DNA of 64,000 nucleotides from Vairimorpha necatrix (Eukaryota): NCBI GenBank assembly GCA_036630325.1, contig CP142733.1, positions 992,001 to 1,056,000 of the forward strand, read 5' to 3'. Shown piece by piece: positions 59,624 to 64,000 of this stretch (position 1 is its first letter; each line of letters starts with the position of its first letter). The notes under the pieces were generated by a model. It saw only the letters and a program-made list of their open reading frames with translations, ran no database searches and was not told where the DNA came from. The position numbers and the translations under genes were made by a program.

Positions 59624-61261
59624 TTAAACTCGTTTTCCAAGTTTTCTTGATAAGTCATTCCTATATTTATTTACTTCATCGATGTCAACAAAAGAACAAT
59701 TTCTATTTTCATTATTAAATTTAAAATTAAATCCTTCAATATTTACTACGTTTTCAACTCCGATCACAAAAGATATTGTTTCAAAGATTTTCTCCCACAT
59801 ACGTGTAATACAATGAAAAATAAGCCCCTTATGATAGAACATGTTCTCAAATATTGTAATTAGATCATATGTTTTAAATTCTTTTTTTCTTAAATAAAAG
59901 GTATTTGCTATATTTTCTTGACCAACTATATTCCCAATAATTTTTAATATTTGAAATACTTCTTTGCCTGAATCTTCTTTTTCATTTAAAATAGTTTCTG
60001 CCTCAATAAATAGACAGGTTTTGATCAAATAGCTATTACTAAATTTATAATTTGTTAGAAAATCAACAATTCTATGTAGTATTTTCTTCTTTTTAGTTAT
60101 ATCTTTAACGCAAAGAGTCTTGTCTGAATTTTGATTCACGAAGGAATTCTCATTAAAAACTATTAGATCATTTTTGCACAACAAATTAATATTCAGACAA
60201 AAATTGATAAAGAATATATTTAGTCCTTTACCAGTGTTAAACAAAATTCTTTCTAGTAGCATTTCTACGAGACAATTACTTTCAATCAGTCGGTAAAATA
60301 TTTCTATATGCTCAAATTCTCTAATTATTATTGTATCTAGATAATTATGAATTTTATTTAATTCTTTTAATCCTTCTTCTGATAACACACTTTTATGCAT
60401 CGAACCCATACCATCATTAATTATATGAGCATTATGTTCAGTTAAATCCTTTTCAGATGTATTTCCATATTTATTAAATACTACTAATACTCTATCATTT
60501 GATCTTTGAAGTTTATAGTGGAATTCATTGATGATATTACTTAGTTCATTGATGCCATATAATTTAAAAACATATCTAATTATCTCTTGATTAAAGTTGA
60601 TATTTTTAAGAGACTTTAGTACCTTATTACGAAAAATTTTTCTCAAATTGAGGTTTTTAACATCAATTTCGAAATAGTAAAGGAGATCATTATTATGGAA
60701 AAATAAATAAATAAAAAATGTATTATCTTTTTTGACATAACGTAATTCGTTAAAATATGCATTTTCATCAATGTTATTCATAATAAATATTATAGCGTCA
60801 TATAACATACTACTCTTTTCAATAATATCATCAAAACAGTAATCTTTGGGTGCAGCATTATTGCTATGCCTATTCAATGTCTTCAAAGTATTGATTATTT
60901 TTTTAATAGATTTACTTAACGGAAGATTATTTTGGTTATACACCAACAATCTAGGGTAAGAAGACAATCCATAATAAGTTTTAATTTCTTTATAAATTTG
61001 ACTAGATACATCCGATATAGATTTATCATTTCTAATTTCCAACACAAACTCAGATATGGTAGTCTTAAAATTTATGATATAACTATCAAGAGTTTCTTCA
61101 AATTCAATATATTCTAGTTCATGCAATTCATTTTTATCAATGGTAATGAAATCACCAATGTCTAGTTTAATTTCTAATTCGTCTTTAAAATTATTATATA
61201 TCTCTTTTCTTAGATCAGGCTTTACCATTGAAATCCAGAGCAAAACTTTAATACTAATCAT
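59624..61261 (-). CDS. Hypothetical, possibly secreted protein (545 aa)
   Basis: Long ORF in very AT-rich DNA; CCCAC-ATG; short hydrophobic N-terminus; no recognisable domain. Confidence 0.8.
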   Translation of the reverse strand: MISIKVLLWISMVKPDLRKEIYNNFKDELEIKLDIGDFITIDKNELHELEYIEFEETLDSYIINFKTTISEFVLEIRNDKSISDVSSQIYKEIKTYYGLSSYPRLLVYNQNNLPLSKSIKKIINTLKTLNRHSNNAAPKDYCFDDIIEKSSMLYDAIIFIMNNIDENAYFNELRYVKKDNTFFIYLFFHNNDLLYYFEIDVKNLNLRKIFRNKVLKSLKNINFNQEIIRYVFKLYGINELSNIINEFHYKLQRSNDRVLVVFNKYGNTSEKDLTEHNAHIINDGMGSMHKSVLSEEGLKELNKIHNYLDTIIIREFEHIEIFYRLIESNCLVEMLLERILFNTGKGLNIFFINFCLNINLLCKNDLIVFNENSFVNQNSDKTLCVKDITKKKKILHRIVDFLTNYKFSNSYLIKTCLFIEAETILNEKEDSGKEVFQILKIIGNIVGQENIANTFYLRKKEFKTYDLITIFENMFYHKGLIFHCITRMWEKIFETISFVIGVENVVNIEGFNFKFNNENRNCSFVDIDEVNKYRNDLSRKLGKRV

Positions 61262-63056
61262 GTGGGATATTTTTTAATGGTATTTATACTTACGTTAATT
61301 CGTTCATTTACTAAAAATTTAATTTAACGATCAAGATAAAAATTTATTATATAGGTTTTCGAAATTCATACATTATTTCCTTTATTTTGATCAATTTTGT
61401 AAATAAGTATAGATTTGATAAAGTAAAGTAGTGATTTAGATCATAAAAATACAATTACTCGTTCGAAAAAGCAAATTAATTTTTTATCTTGCCGTAAACT
61501 AAATGGCTCATTTTAACAATAAATAAATTATTAAGTAGAATTTTTGAGATTATATTTTTAGATTCAATAAGTTTAATTGTTCATTATTATCAAACTATTG
61601 AAGTAGTCTAATACCAGCTTAAACTAAAAGTTAAAAGAGAGATACGTGTTTTTTATCTCTATTAAAATATTTTCTTTGGATTGTCATTTATGCAAAAGAA
61701 TTTAAAAACCATGATCAAGATTTTTATTTTACCAAAAAGTGCAAAATATTCTAATATCTATAGTGTAATTATTCTCTTATAATACAATAACATTTGTAAA
61801 ATTTATTACGTACATTTGTCTGATTTAAATTTCGTTTTAAAATCCAATATTCTATTTCTAAATGTTTCGCGGGTTTTTTGCAATATACTACTGATCTTTT
61901 GAGAAAAACGAGTTTAAAATATTTTTTATGCCAGTTTTTGAAGTTAAAATTTTTAAAAACACAAAAAAAGCAATACAAAAAACATTAGAAAATAAAAATT
62001 TTAAAAAAACTAAAATGTAATTAAAATTTAGCCGCTATTTTTAGCGAAATTCATGATTTTTCTATTTTCAAAAGGTTATATTGTATTGCAATTTTACGGA
62101 AGAGGGGTTTAAAAAATTATAATAGATGATTCCACTAAAAATTTAGCATCAAAGTTTATCAGCAATAATCGAAAAATGGATTTTAAATCTTAAATATATG
62201 AAATTATAGATTACCTTTGTCTCACAAAGTATATTATTGTAGTAACAAAAAAACGTAGAGTTAATCTTTTAAATTATTTTTTCAAAACTGATTGCTAAGA
62301 GGACTCACAACAGACGAGACGGGCTTAGTATAGCTAGACAAATACTATTTACATCGTTTGTTTGATTAAAGACAGACAAATAAACAATTTAGAAAATTAA
62401 AAGCTACTAAAAAGAAGAGTAAAAAATCAAATAAGAATTTTTTAGAACTAGCTTCAAATTTTTATTTTGAAAAGTGATTATAATATTTATTTACAGCTTT
62501 TATTTTTCCGTTTCAGTCATATATTAATAAAACATTAAGATGATAGTTATTCAAGGAACCATTCCTAAGTCGCATATATCCAAGAAATTCATTGTAAAAC
62601 AGTTATAAATTGAATAGAAAATTACCATTTAGAACAATAAATTTCTACTTTTAGATGGATAAATTTTTTTGTAAATTTTGATGGAGAGGGGTTAATAAAT
62701 TCCAAAAAACAATTCTTTCTATATTTTAGAACTGGGTTTTACAAAGATAAAGAGCAGTAAAGGGCATTTAAACACAGAGTACATACAATAATAATTACTG
62801 AATTCATTATTAAGCCCCACTCAAATTTACAATTAGTAAAAAATAAGCAATTATGAAAGGTGGAAAAACTTGGAATAAATAATTGGCACACTTAATATAA
62901 TGTTATGCTGATCAAAAAATTAATCATTTTATTTATTCATAATAGAATATATATTTAAAAAACGTGTAATATTTTATGAAATTGCCATTTGGTTTTTTGG
63001 AGTCTAAATTTATTCTTTAGTTAGTTTTGTTTTTTAAATTTGGAAATATTTTACCC

Positions 63057-63620
63057 ATGGAAGGATTTCTACTTGTTTTTGATATAAATGATACGTTAAT
63101 TTCTAAGATAAAAAAAACTGATAAATATGTTTTAGACAGTTTAACTGACAATCAGAAAAACAATACATACAGTTGTAATAATCATATTTTGTTGAAAAGA
63201 CCGCTTACAGATTTACTAGTTAAATTTTTAGAGATACACAATATTAATTATGTATTTTGGTCTACATCTATGAAACATAATATCAAAAAGATGATTCCTT
63301 ACTTGGAAGAAATTGGGTATAATTTTCATTTGGGCTATTTTGGACAAGAGGAATGTGAAGAGGGTATTATTACTGAAAAGATAAAAGCAAAAAACAATAT
63401 AAAAAATTTAGAAGTAGTTTCTAAGCACTTTAATGTAAAATTAGAACAATGTGTACTCATAGACAATGATATCGAAAAACATGTTGATGGTCAAAACTTT
63501 ATACACGTAAAGGAAATAAATTTAGGACATGATGAAGAAATCATCAATATATGTAAAAAGCTGGATAAATTTATAGATTGTCAGACAAAATGTTTTGTAA
63601 AATCATTAGCTGTGGAATAA
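63057..63620 (+). CDS. FCP1/NIF-like HAD-fold phosphatase domain protein
   Basis: LLVFDINDTL (motif I variant), KRP, VFWSTS, KNL..V, VLIDND; ACCC-ATG at 63057. Confidence 0.75.
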   Translation: MEGFLLVFDINDTLISKIKKTDKYVLDSLTDNQKNNTYSCNNHILLKRPLTDLLVKFLEIHNINYVFWSTSMKHNIKKMIPYLEEIGYNFHLGYFGQEECEEGIITEKIKAKNNIKNLEVVSKHFNVKLEQCVLIDNDIEKHVDGQNFIHVKEINLGHDEEIINICKKLDKFIDCQTKCFVKSLAVE

Positions 63621-64000
63621 TACAACGAGACTGCAAATAAAGATAAGTATTTAGGTCGGTTTAAATGATTAAAACATTTATTTTTAAATATTAATGTTTT
63701 ATTTGGCAAATATTTTTTCTTCTAAAATTATTTTACATAATTTAGTTGTCAATCAAAACCGTCCATTTGTCGAAAGATGATTGGCTAGTTTTTATTATGG
63801 TTTCACATGGAAAGAAATATATATCTTACATAAATTGTTTATATATTATTTATTAATTTTATAGAACAATTGGTCCCCTTACATATAGAATGCATTGTCA
63901 AACAGTTTACTTGTATTTTCCATGCCCTCTTTTGGAAATGATTTTAAAAGGTTACAGTAGCCAATCAAATACGTTCACTTGTCGAAAGATGATTTGCTCT

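Overview
This is very AT-rich, intron-free eukaryotic DNA from a microsporidian, most likely Nosema/Vairimorpha-like. The basis is the CCC motif just upstream of almost every ATG, the shortened housekeeping proteins and a microsporidian-type 5S rRNA. The window has three zones. (1) 1-29 kb is gene-sparse and TE-rich. It holds a co-oriented array of seven ~310-aa paralogues (one a pseudogene) with short hydrophobic N-termini. These carry animal co-repressor docking motifs: PLDL[S/T]xK (CtBP-type) at residue 33, or WRPW and its derivatives (Groucho/TLE-type) at residues 22-25, and the two types strictly alternate along the array. The zone also holds an intact 3175-bp Ty3/Gypsy element with identical 48-bp LTRs, a 5-bp TSD and no visible protease, a partial relative of it, and Gypsy, Ginger-like, Merlin and MITE remnants. 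(2) 29.6-37.6 kb is a compact housekeeping island: UTP11, GH19 chitinase, MYST HAT, NSE2, RFC4, SRP receptor beta, RPN3 and eIF5A. (3) 38-64 kb is sparse again. It contains a second secreted family (3 copies), a 5S rRNA directly abutting an RLE-type non-LTR retrotransposon, SEC62, glutaredoxin, two orphan secreted proteins and an FCP1/NIF-like HAD protein. All calls were made by eye from motifs; no database searches were run.
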